Shown piece after piece: positions 1 to 14,652 of a stretch of DNA of 64,000 nt. Both the position numbers and the translations under genes were made by a program. Every line of letters starts with the position of its first letter. The stretch's first letter is position 1. Source of the DNA: Auanema rhodensis (lineage: Eukaryota > Animalia > Nematoda); assembly GCA_964057225.1 (NCBI GenBank), contig OZ059894.1, positions 10,788,001 to 10,852,000 on the forward strand, in the 5' to 3' direction. The notes under the pieces are model-generated. The model saw nothing but the letters and a program-made list of their open reading frames with translations, did not search any database and had not been told where the DNA came from.

Positions 1-1089
1 AAAAGTTTATTAACAAGAATATATGTAAACAAAATAAGAATATATTTTTTATACTCGGTCACACATATGCATAAACAAATATATGAACAAGGGTGATAAA
101 TGAATACAATAACACAATTTTCAACAAAAATAAATTATAGAAGAGTCTATTGTTCATCAGTTGGGTTTTCAAGGTTATAGATGGTGAGAACTAATCTACA
201 TTAATTCTCACGCAAAAAATAGTGTTGTACTCTGATATGTATCGCTGTATAACCTATTAAGCGAAAGAAGGTGTTGGTTTGGATACAAAGTAAACTTCCA
301 GTATCAGCACATCAAGGTTGTATGAATCGAATTTCTTAAGAAGTCTTTGAACGTGAAGTCTGATTCCTAAATAATTTTCCATTCGAATATTAGTTTAAAT
401 TGTAGTAATACTCTTATATTTAAAAAAAAGTTTGATAAGTAAATATACTGAGTCAGAACTGACAGTTCCAAAAGTTTTATATTTAAACACATTCTTAATA
501 TTTGATGATGACTTTTCGGTTTAGTACGTATTTCTCACTTTAAAGCTCTATTTAATCTGCTGCTCATATAATATATCAAGTTTATGAGTAAATAACTGTA
601 GTTCAAAAATGATGATTGAACTATAATTATAAAGTTTATGGCATTTTAGTCTATGAAAATTTGAATGCAAGATAAAATTCTACAATACAAGTTCTCCAAT
701 TAGCAAGCGAAAAATGCTCTCTTGTCATTAATGAATTCTTTGATTTGTTAACACCCCATCGTATCTGAAGCTTTTCTAATTTTCTCAAACATTCTTGGCT
801 TCTGTTATTGACAAAGTTCGATCCGCTGTGTGTGTGAGAAGTCAAGTTTTCGTTTTCATCTTTATGCCTCCTTGAATCTTGTTATATTTCTCTCTTATTC
901 CTACCCCTTAACCTGTATTCTACCAAAGCTTTAACGCTGAGTTAGAAAAATCAGTTGTATTCTAACTGATAGAGAAAAAGTGGGAGTGTGAGCTCCTCCT
1001 ACCAAATTCTAGTCCTCCGCTGGCATGCTATATATAAAGTCTTTCCTTGTGACTGCTGACGAACTGTTCTATTCAGATCGACCGCGAAA

Positions 1090-3295
1090 ATGAAGATAAC
1101 TGTATTTCTGTTATTCGGCATTTGTCATATTTGCACAACACAACAACGTAAGTTTCCAGAAATATACTTAGGAATAAAACTTTATTGTAGCATGTACATT
1201 AAAGTTTTATATTCATCTATATTAACATGTTCATTAAATAACACCAAATAACAAACATTTTAAATATAATCTCTGTCTCTTTATTTAAGCAAACACATTT
1301 CAAGTAGTTTCATCATCTGTGACTCAGATCTGTTGTAACTTTTACAAAATTTATAATGCAAAGTTAGAACTTCTTATTCACCGAAGAAGAAAGTTCATCT
1401 AATTTTTATGTTCTCTATGTTTTGTTGTCAAGAAAAAGGATGCTTTATTGATTGCAATACTTCAGATTTCTACGGCTCATACTGATATTTTTCATTTCAG
1501 TAGTAACACACTTGGTCTAAAACCTTTAACTATTCCCTACCTTAACACACCTGAATGTTGAAAAAAACTTCGAACTTATTATATTTTTTACAGTTGGACA
1601 AGATAGTAATGGACAATTTATTCAATCTTCACAATTTATTTATACTTCATCTAATAGAGACAATCCCTCCTCGAGTAATGTTCAAAACGTAACCCCAGTG
1701 TTGAGAGATTCACCATCAGGTGGAAGCAACGGAATCTCAACCACATTCCCCCAATATTATGACACAAGCTCACCCTCCGGAATAAATAGCTATTCTTCCT
1801 CCTCTTTTTCTTCAACAACTATGCCAACTTTAATGTATGGAAATCAGCCAGGGTATAGTAATGGGCAGGATCAATCTGGCCAGTTCCAAAACGACCAATA
1901 TGGCTCTCAACAGCCAGGACAAAATAACCAATATTCTCAGCAGGAACAAAACGTAAATGGAGGAAATCAACAATATCAATCCACTAGTAACAATTATCAA
2001 AACACAAATTTTGCTTCTACTTCTCCCGGACCTCAACAACAATATCAGAATAGCCCAGGAACTCAGCAACAATATCAGAATATTCCTGGATCTCAACAAC
2101 AGTACCAGAGCAGTCCTGCTCCTCAATCACAATATCAAAATGCTCCTGGATCTCAACAGCAATATCAGAATATTCCTGGATCTCAACAACAGTACCAGAG
2201 CAGTCCTGCCCCTCAATCACAATACCAAAATACTCCTGGATCTCAACAACAGTACCAGGGCAGCCCTTCCCCTCAAGCACAATACCAAAATGCTCCAGGG
2301 TCGCAACAACAGTACCAGAATTCTCAAGGTGGAAACCAGAACCAGTACACCCAATATAACGACCAACCAAATCAGTTTGGTCAAAATTTCAATTCTAATC
2401 AGCCGTCGCAAGGAGTTTCAAATGATCAGTATGGATATAACAAAGGCAACTACTATGATCAAGGAAACCAAAACTTGAATCAAAATCAAAACTCTGGCCA
2501 ATTTCCATCAAACACAGCTGGAGCAACAAATGGAGTTGATTCAGGTTATAACAAACATATTTAGTCGCAAGAACAAACTTAAAGAATCATATATCATACA
2601 TATGTAATTTATCAACAAATATCAGCGGCCTTTGCTACTTAAAATCTAAAAACTATCTTGTTCAACAAGTGACATAAAATTGTTTTAGTGTTTTCTGGGC
2701 AAAATACGATGACTGGAAATGGAGGAGTTTACACGAGTGGAAGACAGTTTACATATGGAGGTTGTATATACTCTGTAAGTTGAAAGGTGGGCAAAACTAA
2801 TTATGTTTAAATAATTTAAGAACGGATATGTTACTGAAAATGGGCAAAGGAGACAAGCTACTCAAGAAGAAATTAATAAAGTAAATCAATATGATCAGCA
2901 ATGGAATCAATACCAAGTTCAATTCAACAAAAACGTAAACTTACTGTTATAAATATATTTCAAAAACTATGTTTAGATGAATGAATTCATGAGTAACATC
3001 TTCTCAGGGTCGTTTCCCTTTGGTCCTCAAAAATCTCCACAGGCTCTTCAGGTTCCTGATGTTCCTCAGGTGATTTCTAGTTACCTCATACAGCTTAAAT
3101 CTATATAATTGCAGGCTCCATGTTTGTGCAGCCCCCAAGTTTGCAACCCTGGTTCACAGTTCAATTTTCCAAATAGATTATATGACTCTGATCAACAGCA
3201 ATTCCAGAACAATCAAGTAAGCCTCAATTTTTAATATTTCCACAATTGATCATTCATTTTAGCCCAACGATCCTTATTATCAGCAAGGAAAATAA
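1090..3295 (+). CDS. Secreted Q/N-rich (PQN-like) protein with 10-aa repeats and a C-terminal pepsin-inhibitor-3-like domain; multi-exon
   Basis: ATG 1090 encodes signal peptide MKITVFLLFGICHICTTQ, with a TATA box at ~1029. Large Q/N/S/Y-rich exon (ORF 1698-2564). Downstream exons read GCIYS/NGYVTENGQRRQATQEEINKVNQYDQQWNQYQ...P..APCLC, resembling the nematode aspartic-protease inhibitor (Pepsin-I3) repeat. Stop TAA 3293-3295. Confidence 0.75.
2025..2324 (+). repeat. Coding tandem repeat, 10 x 30 nt (PGSQQQYQNx / PAPQSQYQNx)
   Basis: Visible directly in the DNA and in the ORF 1698-2564 translation. Confidence 0.9.
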
Positions 3296-3660
3296 TTTGA
3301 AGCTTTAATAATATGTCAAGGCTAAAACATTGCTTCGCCGAATAATGATCTACAAAAACATTATATATATATTGCCCATATGGATGAATTGTTCTATTGA
3401 TATCCTAATATTTTATAATTCATAAAAAAACGTTATATATTCTATTATTCAAGTGGTATGATTTAAACTAAACGTGTAAAGAACAATTGAGATTCATACA
3501 CAAGACAAACAGTTTTGAAATCGTATGGGTTTATTGGATTAAACTGTTTGATAAAACTTAAATTATCTGCACTCTGAGCTCAAATTATTCAGACTTTAAA
3601 AAATCATAAAACGTTTATTAAAACATATTTTATGTTTAAGTTCTGTTTTATACATGAATA

Positions 3661-5513
<1,853 letters not shown>

Positions 5514-7561
5514 TTTACTATACATATTCTGAATTATATTATATATTTAGGAAATATTTATATGTAATAGAAATAAAGAAAAATATAAGCGGAGTCTCAT
5601 AGTTGCACGAAACTACCAAGAATTACTTTCTAATGAACAATCTGTGAATTTTCGTACACGAGTACAATATAAAAGGAGATACTATGAGAAATTAACGTAT
5701 ATTCATAACAGAGATAGAAGATGAAATGAATATTCTGGGCTGAATGTCACCTGAGTTCAGCAATATGATCAGATATCATTTTACGTAACAGCATGCTTCT
5801 TTTTTTTACGCAAAACCTTGACAAGCACATTCGAGCCTTGAAACTTCTGTTTCAACGAAAAGCTAAGCAAAATGAACCAAGGAGATGGAAACAAAATGTG
5901 TCAAGTAGATTATAGCATGTTGCATATACGCTATCTATACATGACGGTCCAAAGATGGACTGTAATACTGAACAGTGTCGACGACGACGAAGACGAAGAC
6001 GACGAAGCGTGGGAGGAGAGAAGATGATGATGTAATGATCAGAATAGAGCGGAACATGTATTTCTCTTCATTCTTCATTGTCAATCCTCTTTATCAGTTA
6101 CAGAATCTCTTGGATTGTGAAAAAAGTTTTAGTTTAAAAGGTTAAAGCATTTTTCTTGCAAAGAAACCCAATTAATTATTTTCGAATGAAAACGAGCATT
6201 TCTTCCGATACTCTTCCAAAGCAACATCCTACTAAATGAAATATTGGGAATTATTAAATATTTTCATGTTATAATCTTAAAATTCACAATTTTTGAAATT
6301 CCATTGTCTTTAAACATTAATAAATTCGTTAAATTTAAAATGATTCAATGATCACGAGGTAAAATAAGCACATGGTGTATAGGTTTTGTTGAACTTACGA
6401 TCTTTAGAATTGAATTGATCATCTTATGGATTTGAAGAAAAATGTGTAATAAAGCTGGTTTGTCTTTGGACATACTCTTGATCAACATCTATGTACGAAT
6501 ATATGTATGTTGTGACTAATAGGTTATTTGATACACATATCTATATGTATTTATGTACATAAATATCTTTCAAAAAGCGATAATTTATTAGAAAATTTTA
6601 ATTTTAACTTGAAATGTTGTTTTCCTTAGAACTGGCACGAATTATGCAATACATATACATGCCATCTCAAGTAATCAATAAGTCGGTATTATCTGTAAGC
6701 TGAAAATTTGATAGTTTTATCGATTTTATTCAAACTTCTGACCAATTTTCAATTAATTCCACTTGTGTAAACATCTAACAATCTAAGAATTTAATTTTAA
6801 AAAATAGCTATAATAAACAAATTTTAACAAATTTATTTAGTTTATAGATATGAAATGCCCAACTATAATATATATGTAGTTGATTATATGATGGATATGA
6901 AATGAGTATTTCATATCATTCAGAACTATCAAGGTCAATCAAAATTCATTACAGCAGCTTTATTTGAAGAAGACAAACTGTACGAGTACAGCTTAGGTAC
7001 AATTGAAATGGAGACAGTTCTGAAAATGAATAAATCAAAAAAAAAAGAAAATCAACGCATTATGATTACACAGTTTCATTAAAATTGGTTTTCTTAAAAG
7101 GTGTAAAAGCTTTCAAATATTCTTCATATTCTTATATTCTTGAATTGAGAAAACGTAAAAGAATTTAGTTATCACTATAATAAAAAATATATTTTTATAA
7201 ACAAATAAATGTTGGAAGCGTAGTATGAATGCATAAGATATGCACGTGCATGTACTAAAAAAATAAGAAAAAACTGAATCTCAATGTTTTAGTTAAAATT
7301 ATATTTTGTTCAGAAGATTAGGAATAAATTTGAAATATCAGAAGTAAATCAAAACAATCATTAACTCAATCATATGGCGTCATATGGTTACATATGTTCT
7401 TATCGCACAATACTGAGAACATTATCAGAAGGGGGTTCCACCCGCATTATTCAAACCCTTCTCATCCTAGTTTGTATGTTCATTATGAATTCTCTGTTAA
7501 ACTTATTTTTGAATTTTGAAGTACATAAGTGATGTTATGTAATCTTATTTCAGAACCAACA

Positions 7562-9358
7562 ATGCTTAGAGCTTTTCTTATCCTACTTCTTCTACACAGC
7601 TGTTTAGCTGTTCAGTTACCAATTTCGTATGTTTTAAGAGTAATTTTACATTAAAAAACATACTCTTCTAGTTATACTCCTTCTCTTAAGTTGAAACTTT
7701 ATATGGAAGGAAAGTTAGAAGAATATTTGAAAGAGAAAGCAATATATCGTGCGCGAACAAGTAATGATAATAAAGGAACAACCACCGTTGTTGACTATGA
7801 AGATATGGCTTATATGGGTTGGACTAAACAAAAAGGAAATGTTCATTAGCTATCTGTTATAGTTCGAATTACTTTGGGTACTCCTGCTCAAAACTTTGTG
7901 AATTTTATTGATACAGCTTCTGCTAATCTGTGGGTTCCGGACATTCTTTGCGCAACTGGCAAACAATCTACCTGTGGTACATATTGTAAAAAAGTAAATT
8001 AAACTATTTGTTTTATTAATAATTATTGTTAATTTAGACTCCTTTTGAAACATGTAAAACTTTCTGTGATGCTAGATGTTGTACACCGAATATTGCTTCT
8101 AACCTCGCGTAAGTGATAAAATCTAAATATTTGATCTTAGTTAGGATCACTTTGAAAATATTTCAGAACAAATGGATGCCAAGCCAAACATCGTTTCAAT
8201 TCTTCCGCCTCTACCAGTTATGTAGCACAACAAGGAAAATTTGATATAACTTATCAAACTGGAGATGTGTCTGGTTCTTTGGGTTCCGATACTTTCTGTG
8301 TTTGTTATACTTAATTTTAATTTCGGTTACATTTGAATTGTAGTTCTTTAACACCACAATATGTGCACCTAAACAGGTTTTTGGACAAGCTAAATCAATC
8401 GGAGCAGACTTCGCCAAGCAACCAATCGATGGTAGTGGAAACAGTTTCTAAATCTAATGAAATATCAAAATTTAGGTATCATTGGACTTGGATGGCCTTC
8501 ACTAGCTGTGAACTCCATTGAGCCACCAATGAATAATATCATAAGAAACGGTAACCTAAACAAGGTAAAGTGTTGACTTTTTGTGTGCATAATACTTGAG
8601 CTTTAGCCACTTTTCGTGGTGCATATGGCAGGAATTGGACCAACTTCTACAATAAATGGAGGAACATTCACGATCGGAGACTTGGATACTACTAACTGTG
8701 ATACGGTGAACTGGATTCCACTTACTCAAAAGTCATTTTGGCAATTCAAGCTTGATAAGTATATTTGTTTTCTTCAAAATCAAAGTTTTAATTACTTTTT
8801 TAGAATAAATGTTGGGGATTCATATTCAAAGAGCATCACCGGAGGTTGGCAGGCCATTTCGGATACTGCTTCGACTTTTATTGGTGGACCACTCAGCATT
8901 GTTAATAGCATCGCAAATGCGTAAGTTTTATCTAAAAAAAACTTGTGATAATAATTAGGAAAAATAATTAAAATCAATTTTAGTGTTGGTGCCAAGTATT
9001 ACCCTGAGTTCGAAGCGTACTTTATTGATTGTCAAGCAAAGCCGGCTCCTATTACATTCACTATCAACGGAGTCCAGTATGATATCAACCCCAAAAATTA
9101 TATTATCTCAGTATGACTCCGTTATATTTTATTTTAACTAAAATACAAATGTAGGTTGGTCCTGGACCATGCATGCTTGCATTCTTCCCTAATCAAGCCG
9201 GAGGTTTCTATCCATCATGGATGTTGGGTCCTCCATTAATTCGTGAATATTGCCAGGTTTTCTATATATATATACAACAACTAATTGATATTTATACTTA
9301 GGTATATGATTATGGGAATGCACAACTTGGAATGGCAAAGGTGATCGCCAAACAATAA
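7562..9358 (+). CDS. Secreted pepsin-family (A1) aspartic protease with a nematode-type Cys-rich insert; both catalytic motifs read DTA
   Basis: Signal peptide MLRAFLILLLLHSCLA; ITLGTPAQNF..IDTASANLWVP; GIIGLGW; WIPLTQKSFWQF; AISDTASTFIGGP; WMLGPPLIREYCQVYD. Stop 9356-9358. Confidence 0.9.
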
Positions 9359-9827
9359 AAAGACCATCCAATTCTTTAAATGAGTTAAATGTTAATAAAT
9401 CAGAATGATATAAACATAATAAATGTTAATTAAATGATAATAAATTATGTTCAAATAAAACTTCTTCTCTCAAACTATCAGACAAAACAAGTGTTTAGTT
9501 TTTTGCTAGTTTTCATTCGTACATTTCTTCAAAAAAATATAATCTATGTTTACAGAGTTGAGTAAGGGGGTCCTTCTCAATGATGAGATAATCTTCATCA
9601 TTTGATGCTATCTTTTAAGCATTTTCTTTTGTATCATTCTCTACTTCTCATTTTTTCCCTTATATTTCAATGTGCACTACATTGAATCTATTAAAATATT
9701 TATAAGAGCTATCTTTGGTTTCCTTACTTGGAGAGCAAGCCATGAAATTGTAAAATGGGTTGAATCACCTTCATTTTATATAAAGATAAGAAATAAACTT
9801 GTGCTCAGTTTATGAACATCTGAAACC

Positions 9828-11025
9828 ATGGCTATGTATTATGTAAGAAGAGCTTTCAGGTAATTTTTATAATATTTTAATTATATAAACTAAATTAAGA
9901 ACAGAGTCAACAAATTTTATATATTACAAAGTATTACTGTATATGTTTTTCAGAGTTGTCGATTGCACACGCTATATGGGCTTGCCCACAAGAGTAAGTT
10001 TTGATTTCATTCTTCTTAAATATATAAGTATATTCCTTAAAGACTGCTTGCATCGTATTAACACTCATTGTAACGGCATTAAATCTATTCGCACTTTATT
10101 TCCTACCTGCTGTAGTTTGTATGTTTAAAAATGTAATTATTTGAGTTAGAATAATATTATATTTACAGATGTTATCTTAATGATTTATGCTGGAATTATT
10201 GGATTACTAGGCCTTATAGCCTCTGTTACAAGCATTACTTTTATTACAACTTTATGTATAATTGGTCAAGTGAGTCAAAACAGTAATCATGCCGCTTTTT
10301 GCGTATCTAACCTCCACAGGCCTTCAATCATATTGGTATTAGGGTCTCGGGATCAGTGAAGTAATACCTATGATTCACTGTTAAATGCTTAGATTGTTGT
10401 AAAATACTATCGATTTCCCATATGATCTCCAACATCACTCACTATGGTACTTTCGCGTTAAATACACTTAATAATGAGAGCTGTTCAAAGGTTCTGCAGT
10501 TCTATCAGAAATATCATAAAAAAGCAATCTCCTGTTTCCTTACATACACACAATCTACGGCTGTTTTGCAAGATCTCATTCCTAACTCATCTTAACAGAA
10601 CTTGACAGTAGTGTACTACTTGTTCCATGAGTATATGAAAAGAATGAACTTGATATAAGATTATTTTGAACCTAAAATGTTGCGGTTGCTAATATTCAGA
10701 TTTTAACTTTATAACTTTGAAGAAATGTTTCATTTTTAATTAAAATTTCCCTTTTACAGTCTTTTATGGTACATCCTCACTTATTTCGAGCAACAGAAAA
10801 ACTCATTTGTCATGTACATGGGTCACATTATTTACTTTCAGGGATTATATCCTTCTTTTGCAATGACATCAGCTTTAGTACGAAGTTGTTCTTTTTTTTA
10901 ATTGACGGGAAGGGAAGCGGAATATTAGAAAGTAAGGAAAGGAAGTGGAATGGTAGAAATTATGCGCCTGACGGCAAATGGGGCGGGTACAGTTACGGAA
11001 AAAGAACCGTAATCATACATTAGAA

Positions 11026-11095
<70 letters not shown>

Positions 11096-11940
11096 CTCTA
11101 GTTACTAAGAAGTAAAACATATTTTAACCTTTCCAAAATAATTTTGAATATTCATTTAGAAATTAGAAACATGAACACAAGAAATTAATATTTATATTTT
11201 CAATAATTATTTTAAATTTTGATTCAGGCATTAATGATTATTCCTTTATTGATACTGATGGGATATACAGGATTCGTTGCAAATGACTTTAATTGTGATT
11301 TTTTTTCGCATTATAATTATCATATTATAATGAATAAGGATTATCCTATCGACCCATGTCCTTCTTATTACACTCAATATGAATGCGACTTATGTTTGAA
11401 TTTCAGTATGTTTGGAACTTCTTTTCATTTAAAATGTTTCTAACATTTTTTTCTTCCAGGTGACGGGTGGTTGTGGGGTTGTTTCGCTGGAGCATGTTTG
11501 GCTATTATATTTGGGGCTATCACTAATACAGGATATAATAAGCTACGATTACTTCAATCTGGCAATCACACAGTGTACATATATTCTCATAATATCTTAT
11601 TTTTAAACTCTTAATTATGTGTCATTCAATATTTCCTAATTTGGATTTGCAGATCTCGACCTACCAATGGATACAGAATTGAAACTGTAGCTACTCAACC
11701 TATAGTTTATCACCAACCCACAACTACAGTATACACAACAACAGCTGCTTATCCAACGATGGTCACCCCAAATCCAATTATTACGGTAATTGCTACATAC
11801 ATTAACAAATAATTTATTGAATATTTTAGCAACAAGTTCCACCACCATATGAACCACGACAGACAAATATATATCCACCGGTGCCAGATCAGAGCTTGTA
11901 CAATCAACCACCACAAAATCCTACCTATCAAAACCAATAA
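9828..11940 (+). CDS. Four-transmembrane protein with a Pro/Thr/Tyr-rich tail containing PPPY (LAPTM/tetraspan-like architecture)
   Basis: Splicing joins four hydrophobic segments (TACIVLTLIVTALNLFALYFLPAVV, VILMIYAGIIGLLGLIASV, ALMIIPLLILMGY, WLWGCFAGACLAIIFGA) and the tail QQVPPPYEP. Stop 11938-11940. Confidence 0.6.
10291..11008 (-). mobile_element. Degenerate Merlin (IS1595/ISXO2-like DDE) DNA transposon in an intron
   Basis: 8-bp direct repeat GTAATCAT at 10283-10290 and 11009-11016. Imperfect TIRs GCCGCTTTTTGCGTATCT / GGTTCTTTTTCCGTAACT. Frameshifted minus-strand translation CKETGDCFF..DRTAEPL..STIVSD-WRSY..HLTVNHRYYFTDPET-NTNMIEGLWR matches ISXO2 motifs. Confidence 0.85.
11028..11092. 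repeat. (TA)n microsatellite
   Basis: About 32 perfect TA units. Confidence 0.95.
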
Positions 11941-12202
11941 AATACTAAAATTGTATTTTTGTTTGTAGAATACGTCTTCTGATTGTCTTTTTCAACAAAA
12001 AAAAAGAGATTTACCTACTTTATCGTTTCGAGTGTGATATATTAATATCATTGTTAAGCTTCAATTTTTTCATGCTTCAAAGGAATCCTAAACGTTCATC
12101 TCGTCTGCTACATTGTTATAAAAGTTTGCTCAAAAAAGTTTTAATCCAAGAACACAAAATCATTCTATTGAAAAAAAGAAATAGAGTTTGAGACTTCATA
12201 GT

Positions 12203-12695
12203 TTAGAGTCCACGGTTCAATAGTTCCCCTTCCGAACGAATTTGTTGAATTTCTTTTAACTGTCCAGCATCCAGATGAGCTTTTAAAAACATATCAATAC
12301 GATTGACAACGTCCTGAAATATTTGAATTTGTTGGCACATTATTACTAACTCACACTTCGCGATGCCCCTTGTATCCGTGCTTCTCTAATAACCTGAGCT
12401 AAAGTTTGTCGTTCTTTGTTTGTTTTTAAATATCTGAACAAAATCTTTGAATAAATATAAGTATAATAATATTCAACTTAGCATATGGGACAGGATTCTT
12501 ATAAACTGTTCGATTAGTTTTCAAATTTGGCATTAAAGTTACATTCTCGAAAAAAGAATATTATAATTATTCAAACTTTAATTTTACATTTACCTCCGTT
12601 TTTTCTTTAATTGTGTTTTCTGATATTCCTTGACAATTGAAAACGGGAAAAGAAGATGGTAATAATACAATGGTAATGAATATTATTGAATACAT
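12203..12695 (-). CDS. Small putative secreted protein of unknown function; multi-exon
   Basis: ATG 12695 with signal-like MYSIIFITIVLLPSSFPVFNCQG. Plausible short introns give ...KERQTLAQVIREARIQGASRS/DVVNRIDMFLKAHL. The 3' end is uncertain. Confidence 0.45.
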
Positions 12696-13171
12696 CTCCG
12701 AAAATTAAAGAATTATTACAAAAAGAATTTCATGTGGTAAGTAAATCTAAAACTTTAGTCCTAAACTTGTGAAATGACATGTCTTGCAGTATGCGACGAG
12801 TATATAATAGAAATAATGAATAGTGAGGATTGTTGAATTGGTGAGTAAGAGGTCGATGAAAAAGACTTAACAAGAAGTGGAAGATGGTATGAGAAAAGAG
12901 GAAATAAAATGAAGGAGGACATTCGTGTTCAACTTAAATAATCCGATGTACATGCAATTAATTTGAGTTTGTTTGTTCTTTGTACGATAACTTAAACTAT
13001 TTTCGAAAAACCAACTATTTTTACAAAGTAAAGTTGGTTTTTGAAGGGAAGATAACTATAACAAAATGCAGAAAATTGCAGAAAAAATAAAAAAAACAAA
13101 GATGATACTTCGATCTTTATTAATATAAATTAATGAATATATACAATTAGTAATAACTTATTTAATTATTT

Positions 13172-13693
13172 TTACTGCCGAGTACGGAATGCTGATGGTG
13201 GTGGAGGTCCCATAGGTGGAAGTAAACGACGTACTTCTTCTGGTAGACCAGTTAAAAATTCACGAATCTTGTCCATACGTGTTTGCCAGTTTAGACTTTT
13301 GTCTCTATGTAGACTCTTAAGTTGAGCTCTTACTTCTTGTGGAAGACGGTCGAATCCAGGTGGCTTTGGAAGTCTATCAGCTACTTCTTCAGGAAGATTC
13401 ACTAATATTTGATCAATCTTCTGATGTTTTTCCTACAACAGATATTTGTACAATAAATAAAATACTTAAAATTACCATAGGGGACATGGTTTCACTTTCA
13501 TGGACGGCCTTGAGTTGCTGAACAGTTTCAGCTGGAAGAATCTCAGCGAAACCTGGAGGGAGCTCCTGAAAAATTAAATAACAAACATAAATCCAAAAAA
13601 AGTACTGACTCTTGGAGGGGGTGGTAGCTGCATTCCTGGAGGAAAGGCGGCAATCATTGAAAGAGTTGATAGAAACACGAGCAGAGATATCAT
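13172..13693 (-). CDS. Secreted Pro-rich helical-repeat protein (SXP/RAL-2-like)
   Basis: Signal MISLLVFLSTLSMIAA; two repeats of the form PPGF..LP.E...QLK..H....S; TATA box at ~13739-13746 on the minus strand. Confidence 0.7.
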
Positions 13694-14652
13694 CGTACAA
13701 ATCCAAGAGTACTGAAATATAATGAATTTGATCATTCTTATATAGGGTATCCTACGTTGGTGCCCGCCCAATCTCCAGAAGATCTGTTTGCAGATCGTGT
13801 TGTTGCTCCGACTTGTTTTGTCTGAACTATCAAGAACTAAAAGATTCTCTTTCTCACCTCGTGAGACATTTTTATAAAAATGGAGAGTCCATATTAACAT
13901 GTAGATGAAGAGAATGCTTACTTACCGTTTTTGAGTTAGTTTCCTCTAAATTTTCATAGAAACTGCAAACACTTGATGTTAAGACCTACTGTACGACAAC
14001 AGGACCACTCCAAAATATTTCAGTAGCAGTATCTAACGAACAACTGACCTTCAATAGTAGATTGTATACTTTATTTTATGAAGAATATAGCTTGAAATTT
14101 CAGTTTTTACTAATCAGTATTATCAATAAATTGATTATTGCCTTATTAAAATTCTATTAGGATTTTAAAAAAGGGATTTATTCAATGTTATCCCTATATC
14201 GTTCGCGTGAATGTTAACTTTCACACTTCTATTGACTTGAGCAACTGACGATGAATATTTACACAGCAATTCATCGGAAATTAATCAATTCCCTTCAAAG
14301 AGACCAGCTATTTTCGACATTGAACCAATTTTTATCATCACGATTCTATCGTCAACTATGGTCAATTCAAATATACATATTTCTACTTTGATATTGTTCG
14401 TTATTCCATTGCAGGATTAGTCAAAAATAAAGTTTATTATCATGAAAATGGAATTATATTCACAACAAATTATTCGAATACTCGTGTAAAGATAAAAGAA
14501 AACAAAGTGTAACAATTGCCTGATACTATTATGTAATATTAATATTATACATTCAATTAAAATTAGTTTTCAAAGAAAAATCTAGTTATAATCTTAAATA
14601 TGGAAGAGTTTTGTAATATGGTATAAGATATTTGCTGCTAGTATTTCATTTT

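Noticed and set aside
250-860. Possible minus-strand exons at the window start
   Set aside because: No consistent gene model or recognisable product.
1830-2478. Overlapping ORFs 1830-2126, 1957-2478, 2017-2370 and 2217-2411
   Set aside because: Shadow frames of the 30-nt coding repeat.
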